Assembly: GCA_963751275.1 (NCBI GenBank)
Contig: CAVVTZ010000007.1
Coordinates: 512,001-576,000 of the forward strand
From: an uncultured Gemmatimonadaceae bacterium
Lineage (GTDB): Bacteria > Gemmatimonadota > Gemmatimonadetes > Gemmatimonadales > Gemmatimonadaceae
DNA: 64,000 nucleotides
Direction of reading: 5' to 3'
The notes under the pieces are model-generated. The model saw only the letters and a program-made list of their open reading frames with translations, did no database searches and had not been told where the DNA came from. Made by a program: the position numbers and the translations under genes. Shown here piece after piece: positions 23,017 through 31,288 of this stretch (within the stretch, counting starts at the first letter, position 1; every line of letters begins with the position of its first letter).

Positions 23017-23613
23017 ATGCGGATCGTTCCTGTACGAACAGCGGGCGTGCTGGCGCGGGCGTTCTCGGTGGCGGCGGTGGCCGCGGTGATGGGCTGCAGT
23101 TCGCTCACCGTGAACACCGACTGGAACACCACCATCGACTTCACGCAGTACAAGACCTGGAACTTCAAGATCGACACCCTGCCGTACTCGACGTTCACGC
23201 AGGACCGGATCCGCAACGCGATCGCGGGCCAGATGATGAAGCACGGCGTGACCCGCGATACGCTCAACCCGCAGCTGCTCGTCATCTACCGGATTAATCT
23301 CAGCAGCCAGACGCAGGTGCAGACGGTGGGCTACGGCGGCTACGGCTACGGCCCGGCATGGGGCGGCTACGGCGGCTACTGGGGCGGTTACGGCGGGGGC
23401 GTGTCGACCACCACGGTGTCGCAGATCCCCCTGGGCGCGCTCACGCTCGCGATGGTGGACACGAAGCTCAACCAGCTCGTGTGGCGCGGGGAGGCGAACG
23501 CGCAGCTCAACGACAACCAGTCGAACGCGCAGCTCGTGCAGGACGCGATGACGCAGTTGTTCGCGCAATTCCCGCCGAAAGCGGGCGTGATGCCGAGCAG
23601 CACCCAGTTCTAG
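23017..23613 (+). CDS. DUF4136-like lipoprotein (Gly/Tyr-rich loop)
   Basis: Lipobox VMGC, IDFTQYKTW, GYGG-rich segment, LVWRG, FPP. Alternative ATG at 22990. Confidence 0.75.
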   Translation: MRIVPVRTAGVLARAFSVAAVAAVMGCSSLTVNTDWNTTIDFTQYKTWNFKIDTLPYSTFTQDRIRNAIAGQMMKHGVTRDTLNPQLLVIYRINLSSQTQVQTVGYGGYGYGPAWGGYGGYWGGYGGGVSTTTVSQIPLGALTLAMVDTKLNQLVWRGEANAQLNDNQSNAQLVQDAMTQLFAQFPPKAGVMPSSTQF

Positions 23614-23635
23614 CGCCGGATCGGATGTGAACGGA

Positions 23636-23670
23636 GCGCGGCGGACTGGCCACACGGCGGTCCGCCGCGC
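23636..23670 (+). terminator. Intergenic hairpin between the two DUF4136 genes
   Basis: gcgcggcggac...gtccgccgcgc 11-bp stem followed by acgttt. Confidence 0.4.
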
Positions 23671-23774
23671 ACGTTTCATCGGCAACGGCGGGAACTAATC
23701 CCCCCGTCGGGCCGTATCTTCTTCAGCCTGCCGCACGACGCGGCCGCGCTCACCCCGTACAAGGATCGCCGATC

Positions 23775-24395
23775 GTGAATCTCACCACCCGCCGCACCCT
23801 CACCGCGCTGGCCACCGTGGCCACGTTCGCCGCGCTCGGCGCCTGCGCGAACTCGGTGGATGTGAACACCGACTGGAATCCGAACATCGATTTCAGCCAG
23901 TACAAGACGTTCGCTTTCCTCCCCGACACGGTGGACAAGGCGCTGCCGCCATTCGCGAATGACCGGCTGAAGGCGGCGATCGATTCGGCGCTCAAGAAGC
24001 GCGGCCTCGTCGAGGTGACGTCGGATCCGCAGCTCTACGCCACCTTCCGTGCGAACACGCACAAGGAGACGCAGTACACCACCGTGAGCACGGGCTACGG
24101 CTACGGCGCGGGCTGGGGCGGCTGGGGCGGCTACGGCTACGGCGGCTACTACGGCGGCATGGGCTACGGCGGCGTCGGCGTCTCGACCACCACGCAGCAG
24201 CAGATCCCCATGGGCAACCTCATCGTCGTGCTCGTGGACACGAAGCTCAACCAGATGGTGTGGCGCGGCAACGCGAAGGCCGAGATCGCGGAGGACATGC
24301 AGGGACGCGCGCAGCAGCTCGAGAGCGCGATGAACCAGATGTTCTACGCCTTCCCGCCCAAGAAGGGGCAGCAGCCGGGGGCCTCGGAGTATTAG
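23775..24395 (+). CDS. DUF4136-like lipoprotein (paralogue)
   Basis: Lipobox LGAC, IDFSQYKTFAF, GYG-rich loop, MVWRG, FPPK. Confidence 0.78.
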   Translation: MNLTTRRTLTALATVATFAALGACANSVDVNTDWNPNIDFSQYKTFAFLPDTVDKALPPFANDRLKAAIDSALKKRGLVEVTSDPQLYATFRANTHKETQYTTVSTGYGYGAGWGGWGGYGYGGYYGGMGYGGVGVSTTTQQQIPMGNLIVVLVDTKLNQMVWRGNAKAEIAEDMQGRAQQLESAMNQMFYAFPPKKGQQPGASEY

Positions 24396-24405
24396 CGTCG
24401 ACCTG

Positions 24406-24529
24406 AACTGCTTTTGACAGGATGAGCGGGATGAGAACAGCATAAGAGCGGATGAACGGCCTGATGATCATCAGGCCGTTCATCCGCTCTTATGCTGTTC
24501 TCATCCCGTTCATCCTGTCAAAAGCAGTT
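24406..24529. repeat. Palindromic element copy 4 (124 bp, no loop, 1 G:T mismatch)
   Basis: Centre CTGATGA|TCATCAG at 24467/24468. Arms aactgcttttgacaggat... / ...atcctgtcaaaagcagtt. Confidence 0.95.
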
Positions 24530-24544
24530 GTTCTCGGTAACAAA

Positions 24545-24575
24545 GGCGCCCCGCCAGGTCTCCGGGCGGGGCGTC
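24545..24575 (+). terminator. Small GC hairpin downstream of copy 4
   Basis: ggcgccccgcc-N9-ggcggggcgtc followed by cttcatt. Confidence 0.35.
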
Positions 24576-24617
24576 CTTCATTAGAGACGCCAGCGCGCCC
24601 CGGGTCGTCCTAGGAAC

Positions 24618-25307
24618 ATGACCGAGACCACCACCGGACCGTCCAGGCGGTTCCTCAAGACGCGGCAGCGGGCATGGGCGGGCGACCTCGCGCGCCGGCT
24701 CGCGCACATGGGCGCGACGCCGAACATGGTGTCCGTGGCCGGCATGGTGTTCGCGGCGCTCGCCGGCCTCGCATTCATGAACGTCACTCCCGATACCGCG
24801 CACCCCGCTCGATTCTGGATCCTGGGCGCCGCGTTCGTGCAGCTCCGCCTGCTCTGCAACATGCTCGACGGACTGCTCGCGATCGAAGGCGGCATGAAGG
24901 GGAAGCTCGGCGAACTCTGGAACGACATCCCCGACCGTCTCTCCGACTCGCTCATCCTCGTGGGCGCCGGCTACTCCGTGGAGTGGCTCGTGCCCGGCGG
25001 TTCGGCGCTCGGCTGGTGCGCCGCGCTCTTCGCCATGATGACCGCGTACGTGCGCACGCTCGGTGGCGCGCTCGGCACGCCGCAGTATTTCACCGGCCCC
25101 ATGGCCAAGCAGCACCGGATGTTCGTCATCACCCTCGGCGCGCTCTTCGCGGCCTTTCAGACGTCCTCGTTCCAGGCGACGAGCTGGGCGATGGAGTCCT
25201 TCCGGCCCGGCTGGGCGATGGCGCCCGCGCTCATCGTCATCGTGCTCGGCTCGGCGGTGACCGTCGTGCGGCGCATCCAGCTGGTCGCCCGCGATCTCTC
25301 GGCGTGA
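24618..25307 (+). CDS. CDP-alcohol phosphatidyltransferase (YnbA-like)
   Basis: TPNMVS, CNMLDGLLAIE...GELWNDIPDRLSD, GPMAKQHRM. Confidence 0.87.
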   Translation: MTETTTGPSRRFLKTRQRAWAGDLARRLAHMGATPNMVSVAGMVFAALAGLAFMNVTPDTAHPARFWILGAAFVQLRLLCNMLDGLLAIEGGMKGKLGELWNDIPDRLSDSLILVGAGYSVEWLVPGGSALGWCAALFAMMTAYVRTLGGALGTPQYFTGPMAKQHRMFVITLGALFAAFQTSSFQATSWAMESFRPGWAMAPALIVIVLGSAVTVVRRIQLVARDLSA

Positions 25308-25936
25308 TCGCCACGTGGGTCCTCGTCGCGCTGACGAAATTGCTGAGCAGCGCGCGAGTGCAGTGGGTGGGCGTCGCGCCGTCGGAGCGGCAGCGGGTGT
25401 ACGTCGCGAACCACTCGAGCCATCTCGATTTCATCGTGCTCTGGAGCTCGCTGCCGGCGGCGCTGCGCGAGCGCACGCGGCCCGTGGCCGGCCGTGATTA
25501 CTGGGAGCGCGGCGCGATCCGGCGTTACCTCGCCGCGCGCGTGTTCAAGGCCGTGCTCATCGATCGCCCCCCGCCGGCGGACGCCGCCGACGGCTCGCGG
25601 GCCATGGCGGCGCGCGCGGCCATCGACACCATGGCCGCCGCGCTCACTGTTGGCAGCTCACTCATCCTGTTCCCGGAGGGCACGCGCGGCACAGGCGCCG
25701 AGATCGCGCCCTTCCGTGCCGGACTCTATCACCTCGCGCTGCGCCAACCCGAAGCGGAGATCGTCCCCGTGTATCTCGCGAACCTGAACCGCATTCTGCC
25801 GAAGGGCGAGCTGCTCCCCGCGCCGCTGCTGAGCCGCGTGACCTTCGGCCCCGCGCTCACGCTCGCGCCGGAGGAATCGAAGGACGCGTTCCTCGCGCGC
25901 GCGCGCGCCGCCCTCGTGCGGCTGAGGGACGCATGA
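25304..25936 (+). CDS. Lysophospholipid acyltransferase (PlsC family)
   Basis: NHSSHLD, FPEGTRG, PFRAGLY. GTGA overlap with the upstream gene. Confidence 0.9.
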   Translation: MIATWVLVALTKLLSSARVQWVGVAPSERQRVYVANHSSHLDFIVLWSSLPAALRERTRPVAGRDYWERGAIRRYLAARVFKAVLIDRPPPADAADGSRAMAARAAIDTMAAALTVGSSLILFPEGTRGTGAEIAPFRAGLYHLALRQPEAEIVPVYLANLNRILPKGELLPAPLLSRVTFGPALTLAPEESKDAFLARARAALVRLRDA

Positions 25937-26877
25937 CGCCCTGGCACGATGCGGCGCTGCGCGAGCTGCTCGAAGGCATCTTCGGGCTGCTGATCGTGGC
26001 CTCCATCGCCGGCTTCGTGCTCTCGCGCACGGCGAAGAGCGAGAAGGGGCGCGCCACGGTGAGCAACATGAACGCGCGCATCCGCGCGTGGTGGGTGATG
26101 TGCGCCGTGTTCGGCGTCGCGATCATGACCGGCGGCGCCGGCTCGCTCGTGATGTTCACCTTCCTCTCGCTGCTCGCCTTGCGCGAGTACATGACCATCG
26201 CCCCCACGCGGCCCGGCGACGCGCACATCATCTTCTGGAGCTTCTTCCTCTTCACGCCGCTCCAGTACTATTTCATTTGGATCGACTGGTACGGGCTGTA
26301 CTCGATCTTCCTGCCGGTGTACGCGCTCATCTTCATCGCGGTGGTCGCCGCGACGTCGGGTGACACGAAGGATTTCCTCGAGCGCACCGGCGTGATCACC
26401 TGGGGGCTCATGGCCTGCGTCTACTGCCTGAGCTACGCGCCGGCGCTGCTCTTCCTGCCGATCAAGGGCTACGTGGGCGACGCGAAGCTGCTGCTCTTCC
26501 TCGTGCTCGTGGGGCAGATCAGCGATGTCTTCCAGTACATCTTCGGCAAGACGCTCGGCAAGCATCCCATCGCGCCCAAGGTGAGCCCGAACAAGACGTG
26601 GGAGGGATTCATCGGCGGCGTGGCCACCGCGACGCTCGTGGGCGCGGCGATCTGGTGGGCGACGCCCTTCACGCCGCTCATCGCCGGCGCCATGGCGCTC
26701 GCGATCGCGCTGCTCGGCTTCGCGGGCGGGCTCATCATGAGCGCCATCAAGCGCGACCGCGGCGTGAAGGACTTCGGGGCGATCATCGAGGGGCACGGCG
26801 GCGTGCTCGACCGCATCGATTCCCTCTGCTTCTCGGCGCCGGTGTTCTTCCACCTCACGCGGTACTTCTATGCCTGA
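25933..26877 (+). CDS. Phosphatidate cytidylyltransferase (YnbB/CdsA family)
   Basis: SDVFQYIFGK, SPNKTWEG, SAIKRDRGVKD, GHGGVLDRIDS. Confidence 0.9.
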   Translation: MTPWHDAALRELLEGIFGLLIVASIAGFVLSRTAKSEKGRATVSNMNARIRAWWVMCAVFGVAIMTGGAGSLVMFTFLSLLALREYMTIAPTRPGDAHIIFWSFFLFTPLQYYFIWIDWYGLYSIFLPVYALIFIAVVAATSGDTKDFLERTGVITWGLMACVYCLSYAPALLFLPIKGYVGDAKLLLFLVLVGQISDVFQYIFGKTLGKHPIAPKVSPNKTWEGFIGGVATATLVGAAIWWATPFTPLIAGAMALAIALLGFAGGLIMSAIKRDRGVKDFGAIIEGHGGVLDRIDSLCFSAPVFFHLTRYFYA

Positions 26878-28138
26878 CCAGCCCACCGCGATCGCGCGTG
26901 CGCCGTGGATGCCGGCCACGCTCTTCGCGCTCGCCGCGGGCGCGTGCCTGCTGCTCGGGAGCCGAGACGTCGCGCATTGGCAGCCGCCCTTCTTCGAGGC
27001 GGCGGTTCTGCTCGGTGTGATCTCGGGCGGCCTCGCGGTGCGGTCGCGAGTCGCGCGGTGGATGGCAGCACTCGTCAGTTGGGCGATGATCGTGCTGATG
27101 GCCGTGGTCGTCATCGCGATCGCGCGCGAGCTCGCCCACGACATGCACTCCAGCAATGGACTCGAGGCGCTCCTGGCGAAGGTGGGGTGGCTGTTACTGA
27201 TCGTGCCCATCGCGGTCGGCGCCGGTTTCGGCCTCTTCGCCGCTGCGATGTTCGGCGCGACGGCGAAGGCGGCGTTCAACGAGCCTCGCTGGGATGCGTT
27301 CGTGGTGGGTGGCGTGTTAGTCGCGGGCTTCCTCGGCGCGCAGTGGTACCGCCGCGCCGATTATTACGGCGATCCCTGCCGCCACGGCGACCAGTACGCG
27401 TGCACCGAGTTCGCGAAGCTCGTGCCCGATCGCGCGGCGACCGTGCCGCGGGCCGAAGCGTTTTGCGACCGCGGCGACAGCGTGAGCGCGCCCGAAGCGT
27501 GCGCCGCGCTCGGATTCGCTGCGTGGAAGCGCCACGATTCGGCCGCGGCGATGACGTTGTTCGTGCAAGCGTGTGCCGCGCGACCGAGCGGCTATTGCTA
27601 CCGGGTCGCGCACGACCCGAACATCGGCCTGACGCCGGAACAGTCGGGTCGCTTGTACGCCATCGCGTGCCAGAGCGGCCAGCGCGCGAGCTGCGAAGGG
27701 CTCGGCAAGTCGCTGCGCGCCACCGGTGACATCGCCGGGGCGGAGGTGGCGCTCGACACGGCGTGCGCGCACGGCGAATTCTCCGCGTGCGAAACGCTCG
27801 GCGATCTGCGGCTCAAGAAGGGCGACACCGTGAACGCACTGGGCTCGCTCAAGACCGCGTGCGAATACAACGGCATGGGCTGCCGCAGCATCGCGTTCAT
27901 CGAGCGCGTACAAGGCAGCGCCGACGCCGATCGCTGGTACACGGAGGAGTGCCAGGGCAGTCCGCCCGGCGCGACGCGTGAGCACTGCTTGGCTGGCGGC
28001 GACCGCTACCTCGCGCAGGGAGATTCAGCGGCGGCGCGGCGCTACTTCCTGCGCGCGTGCACGTGGGGACTGCAGCCGGCGTGCGCGAAGCTCAAGCCCG
28101 TGCGCGAGAGCTACGACGTGCCGCGTCCCGGCCGCTAG
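26870..28138 (+). CDS. Membrane protein with C-terminal Cys-rich Sel1/Hcp-like repeats
   Basis: About 5 N-terminal TM segments, then repeated AC-x(6-7)-C-xxLG units. Confidence 0.65.
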   Translation: MPDQPTAIARAPWMPATLFALAAGACLLLGSRDVAHWQPPFFEAAVLLGVISGGLAVRSRVARWMAALVSWAMIVLMAVVVIAIARELAHDMHSSNGLEALLAKVGWLLLIVPIAVGAGFGLFAAAMFGATAKAAFNEPRWDAFVVGGVLVAGFLGAQWYRRADYYGDPCRHGDQYACTEFAKLVPDRAATVPRAEAFCDRGDSVSAPEACAALGFAAWKRHDSAAAMTLFVQACAARPSGYCYRVAHDPNIGLTPEQSGRLYAIACQSGQRASCEGLGKSLRATGDIAGAEVALDTACAHGEFSACETLGDLRLKKGDTVNALGSLKTACEYNGMGCRSIAFIERVQGSADADRWYTEECQGSPPGATREHCLAGGDRYLAQGDSAAARRYFLRACTWGLQPACAKLKPVRESYDVPRPGR

Positions 28139-28788
28139 AACGTCACGGCGACGCCGAGCGTGACGATCGAACTCTGGATCGGCACGTCGCTCGTGATGCC
28201 GCCCGACGTTGTCTGGCGGTCGAGGCGGTCGAAGGAGAAATCGGCCGTGAACCGCAGGCGCCCCGCGTTCGGCGCATAGTAGGTGCTGAGGCCCAATTCG
28301 AGGGAGAACGGCGCCGAGCCGCCGCCCGAGAACTTCGCCGCCGCGAGATAATCCACGCGCGCCGCGATGCTCGCGCCGGGCGCGAGCGCGAACGCGATGC
28401 GCCCGCCAACCGGGATCACGCTCATCCCCTGCGCCGCGGTCGTCGGCGTGACGGTGCGCTGCAGGTATCCTGCTTCCACGCTCCACATGTCGCTGATGTA
28501 CCAGCGCGCGCGGCCGTCGAACTGTGTCATGTCGAAGGGCTCCGCGCCCGCCGACGACGCGGTGGGCGAGAAGGAGATGCGCATCAGACCGAGGTCGATG
28601 CCGTAGCTCCTCCACTTGCCTCCGAGCGAGATGGCGGGACCCCAGCCGGTGAATTCGAGACCCGGCCCCTGCTCCTGGTACGTGCCTCCCGCGGCCTGCA
28701 CGCCGGCGACGATCGCCTGTGCGCTCGCGGTGCCGGCGCTCAGACAGCCGAGCGCGATCGCGATGCGAACTGCGCGCGCGCTGCTCAC
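28135..28788 (-). CDS. Secreted, probable outer-membrane beta-barrel protein
   Basis: Signal peptide ending ASA-Q, alternating hydrophobic strands, C-terminal LGVAVTF (BAM-type terminal Phe). Confidence 0.65.
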   Translation of the reverse strand: MSSARAVRIAIALGCLSAGTASAQAIVAGVQAAGGTYQEQGPGLEFTGWGPAISLGGKWRSYGIDLGLMRISFSPTASSAGAEPFDMTQFDGRARWYISDMWSVEAGYLQRTVTPTTAAQGMSVIPVGGRIAFALAPGASIAARVDYLAAAKFSGGGSAPFSLELGLSTYYAPNAGRLRFTADFSFDRLDRQTTSGGITSDVPIQSSIVTLGVAVTF

Positions 28789-29822
28789 GGCCCGCCCGGC
28801 GTTTCGGCGAGCTCGGCGATCGTGAGCCGTACCTCGGTGCGGCGCCGTGCGTTCTCCTTCGCGATCTCCAAGTTCTGCTTCGCCAATTGCTCCTTCACCA
28901 AGTTGTTGTAGCGGATGTTCGCGGTGTTCGGCACGGGTGCGGGCTTCTGCGCCACGGCGAGTCCGCCCACGAGCAGCGCGCTGCCGCTTACGACTAGCAG
29001 CGGCGTCTGGGAGCCCGTGCCCAGCTTCGAGTCGTTGAGCGCGAGCGTCGCGCCGGCCACGCCGGCGGTGACGAGCGCGGCGATGCCGAGAGGCCGCCAA
29101 CTGCGCGGCGGCGCGACCATCTCCGGCAGGAATTCATAGCCGGGGAGCGACGTGAGATGCGGCAACGTGTCCACCGGCGACGCGACGATGCGCACGGAGA
29201 GCGTGCGCGAATAACTGTCCTGGCCGGTCGCCGCGTCCACCAGGATCCGATAGACGCCGGATGGCGGCGGCTTGCCGTCGCTCAGCAGCCCCTGCCAGTT
29301 GACGGTCGTGGTTCCCGAGATCACCGATGAATCGATGAGCGCCGCGCCGCCCGGCCCGGCGATCCGCACGCGCACGTGCGCCGGCACGGTGATGGTGAAG
29401 TCCACCGGGAGCGAACCGCTGCCGACGACGAACGACGTGCTATCCACGTGGAGGTGCCGCACGAGGAGGATCTGGCCGAGCGCGAGATTGAAGACGACGG
29501 TGATCTTCGGCGAGATGCGCCCCGGATCGAGGTCGCGGTCCGGATCCAGGAAGAGGAGCTTCTTGAACGCGTCGGAAGCCGGTTTCGTGCTGTCGAGCGC
29601 GGCGTACGAGAAGCCCAGCACTTCGTACGCGCGCGCGCGATCGCGAACGGACAGCGTCTCGCCCAGCGCGCGGTCGGCGAGCCGGATGGCTTGCGCGGGG
29701 TCCAGGTCATCGTACGCGGCGATCGCCTGCCTCAGCGTGACGTTGTCCTGTGCGTGCAGCGCCGTCGAAAGGGCCGCCAGCGCAACGAGGATCGCCGCCG
29801 CGATCGTGGCGGCGTGCTTCAT
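28785..29822 (-). CDS. Secreted TPR-like + FlgD/Ig-like protein
   Basis: Signal peptide ALHA-Q, helical TPR-like N-terminus, WQGLLSDGKPPPSGVYRI (FlgD-Ig-like), C-terminal hydrophobic hairpin. Confidence 0.6.
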   Translation of the reverse strand: MKHAATIAAAILVALAALSTALHAQDNVTLRQAIAAYDDLDPAQAIRLADRALGETLSVRDRARAYEVLGFSYAALDSTKPASDAFKKLLFLDPDRDLDPGRISPKITVVFNLALGQILLVRHLHVDSTSFVVGSGSLPVDFTITVPAHVRVRIAGPGGAALIDSSVISGTTTVNWQGLLSDGKPPPSGVYRILVDAATGQDSYSRTLSVRIVASPVDTLPHLTSLPGYEFLPEMVAPPRSWRPLGIAALVTAGVAGATLALNDSKLGTGSQTPLLVVSGSALLVGGLAVAQKPAPVPNTANIRYNNLVKEQLAKQNLEIAKENARRRTEVRLTIAELAETPGGP

Positions 29823-31288
29823 GGGAGCGCGTCGAGGTGGGGGATCTTCCGGATCACGTTCGGGCCGTCCGGCTTGATCGTCTCGCGATACGTCTTGTAG
29901 CCATCGCGCTCGATGCGCAGATCGTAGCTGCGACCGACCTCGAGTTTGATGCCGAGCAGCGGCGTGACGCCCATCTCCTGGTTGTCGAGATAGACGGTGC
30001 CGTACGGCGTTGAGCCCACGTTGAGAGTGGCGAGTTCGGGCGCGGGGGCGGCGGCGGGGGTGGGCCGAGGCCGCGCCGGCCTCACGAGGGGAACGGCCGC
30101 CGGCGCGGGCGGCGGCGAAGGCGGCGCGATGGTGCCGCGCGCGCTGTCCGACGAAGCGGCCACATTCGTGACCGGCGGCGCGCTGTCGTGCTGGACGGCC
30201 CCCGGCACGGGCACGGCCGCGGCGGGCGCGGTCTGCCGCCGTGCGATCATCGCGCCGGCGAACGCCACGATCGCGAGCGCGCCCGCCCATCGTGCGATGC
30301 GCCAACGCCGGCTGCGCGCCAGGCTTCGCTCGTACTCGAGCGTCGCCGAGTGGCCCAACGGACCAGTGGCCGCCTCTGCCGCCACGGTCCGCGCGATCGA
30401 GCGGGCGCGCGTGCCGCTGCGCGACGAGCGCCCGCCGCGCGAGATGGCCGTCGAATGCTCGATCCCTTCGAGCGCCGCCGCGAATTCCTCCATCGTCGCG
30501 TAGCGCGCGCCGGGTTCCTTCGACATCGCGCGCGTGATCGCCTGCACCATCGCGCGCGGCGCGTCGGCGCGGCGCGGCGCGAGCGGCTTCGCCTCCTCGT
30601 AGATGTGACGGTGCAGCACCGAGTGCGCCACGTCGCCGGGGAAGGGCAGCTCGCCGGTGAGCATGTGGTAGCCCACGCACGCGAGCGCGTACTGGTCGGC
30701 GCGGCCGTCCACGGCGCTCCCCATCGCCTGCTCGGGCGCCATGTAATGCGGCGTGCCCACGATGATGCCGGTCTTCGTGATGCCGCTCGCCGTCTCCATC
30801 GCCTTGGAGATGCCGAAGTCGGTGAGGATCACGCGCTCGTCCGTGTCGATCATGATGTTCGCGGGCTTCACATCGCGATGCACCACGCCGCGCTGGTGCG
30901 CATGGCCCAGCGCCGCCGCGGCGTCCAGCAGCACGCGGAGCGTGAACTCCACATCGAGCGGCCGGCCATTCGCGAGCAGCGCATCGAGCGACTTCCCCGG
31001 CACGAACTTCATCACGAAGTAGTGCAGCCCGTTCTCGCTCTCGACGCGGTAGATCGGGATGATGTTCGGGTGATCGAGCTTGGCCGCGAGCTTCGCCTCC
31101 TGCTCGAAGCGCGAGATGAGCTTGTCGTCGGGCTCGAGGTCCGGCGGCAATACCTTGATGGCCACGGTGCGCTCCAGCGCCACGTCGCGCGCACGATAGA
31201 CCGACGCCATGCCGCCGGCGCCGAGCAGTTCGATGCCGGTGTAGCGGCCCGCGAGCGTGGCCGTGAGACGATCGAGCAGCGGGCTCAC
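29819..31288 (-). CDS. Hanks-type Ser/Thr protein kinase with TM and C-terminal PEGA-like domain
   Basis: GAGGMASVY, VAIK, HRDVKPAN, DFG, GTPHYMAPE, then TM, Pro-rich linker and STPYGTVYLD...GVTP...ERDGY. Confidence 0.9.
   Translation of the reverse strand: MSPLLDRLTATLAGRYTGIELLGAGGMASVYRARDVALERTVAIKVLPPDLEPDDKLISRFEQEAKLAAKLDHPNIIPIYRVESENGLHYFVMKFVPGKSLDALLANGRPLDVEFTLRVLLDAAAALGHAHQRGVVHRDVKPANIMIDTDERVILTDFGISKAMETASGITKTGIIVGTPHYMAPEQAMGSAVDGRADQYALACVGYHMLTGELPFPGDVAHSVLHRHIYEEAKPLAPRRADAPRAMVQAITRAMSKEPGARYATMEEFAAALEGIEHSTAISRGGRSSRSGTRARSIARTVAAEAATGPLGHSATLEYERSLARSRRWRIARWAGALAIVAFAGAMIARRQTAPAAAVPVPGAVQHDSAPPVTNVAASSDSARGTIAPPSPPPAPAAVPLVRPARPRPTPAAAPAPELATLNVGSTPYGTVYLDNQEMGVTPLLGIKLEVGRSYDLRIERDGYKTYRETIKPDGPNVIRKIPHLDALP

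Noticed and set aside
17936..24529. Palindromes as nanopore fold-back artefacts
   Set aside because: The symmetry stops at shared family termini, the flanks are unique intact genes, and the arms contain mismatches or bulges. Read-level confirmation is still advisable.
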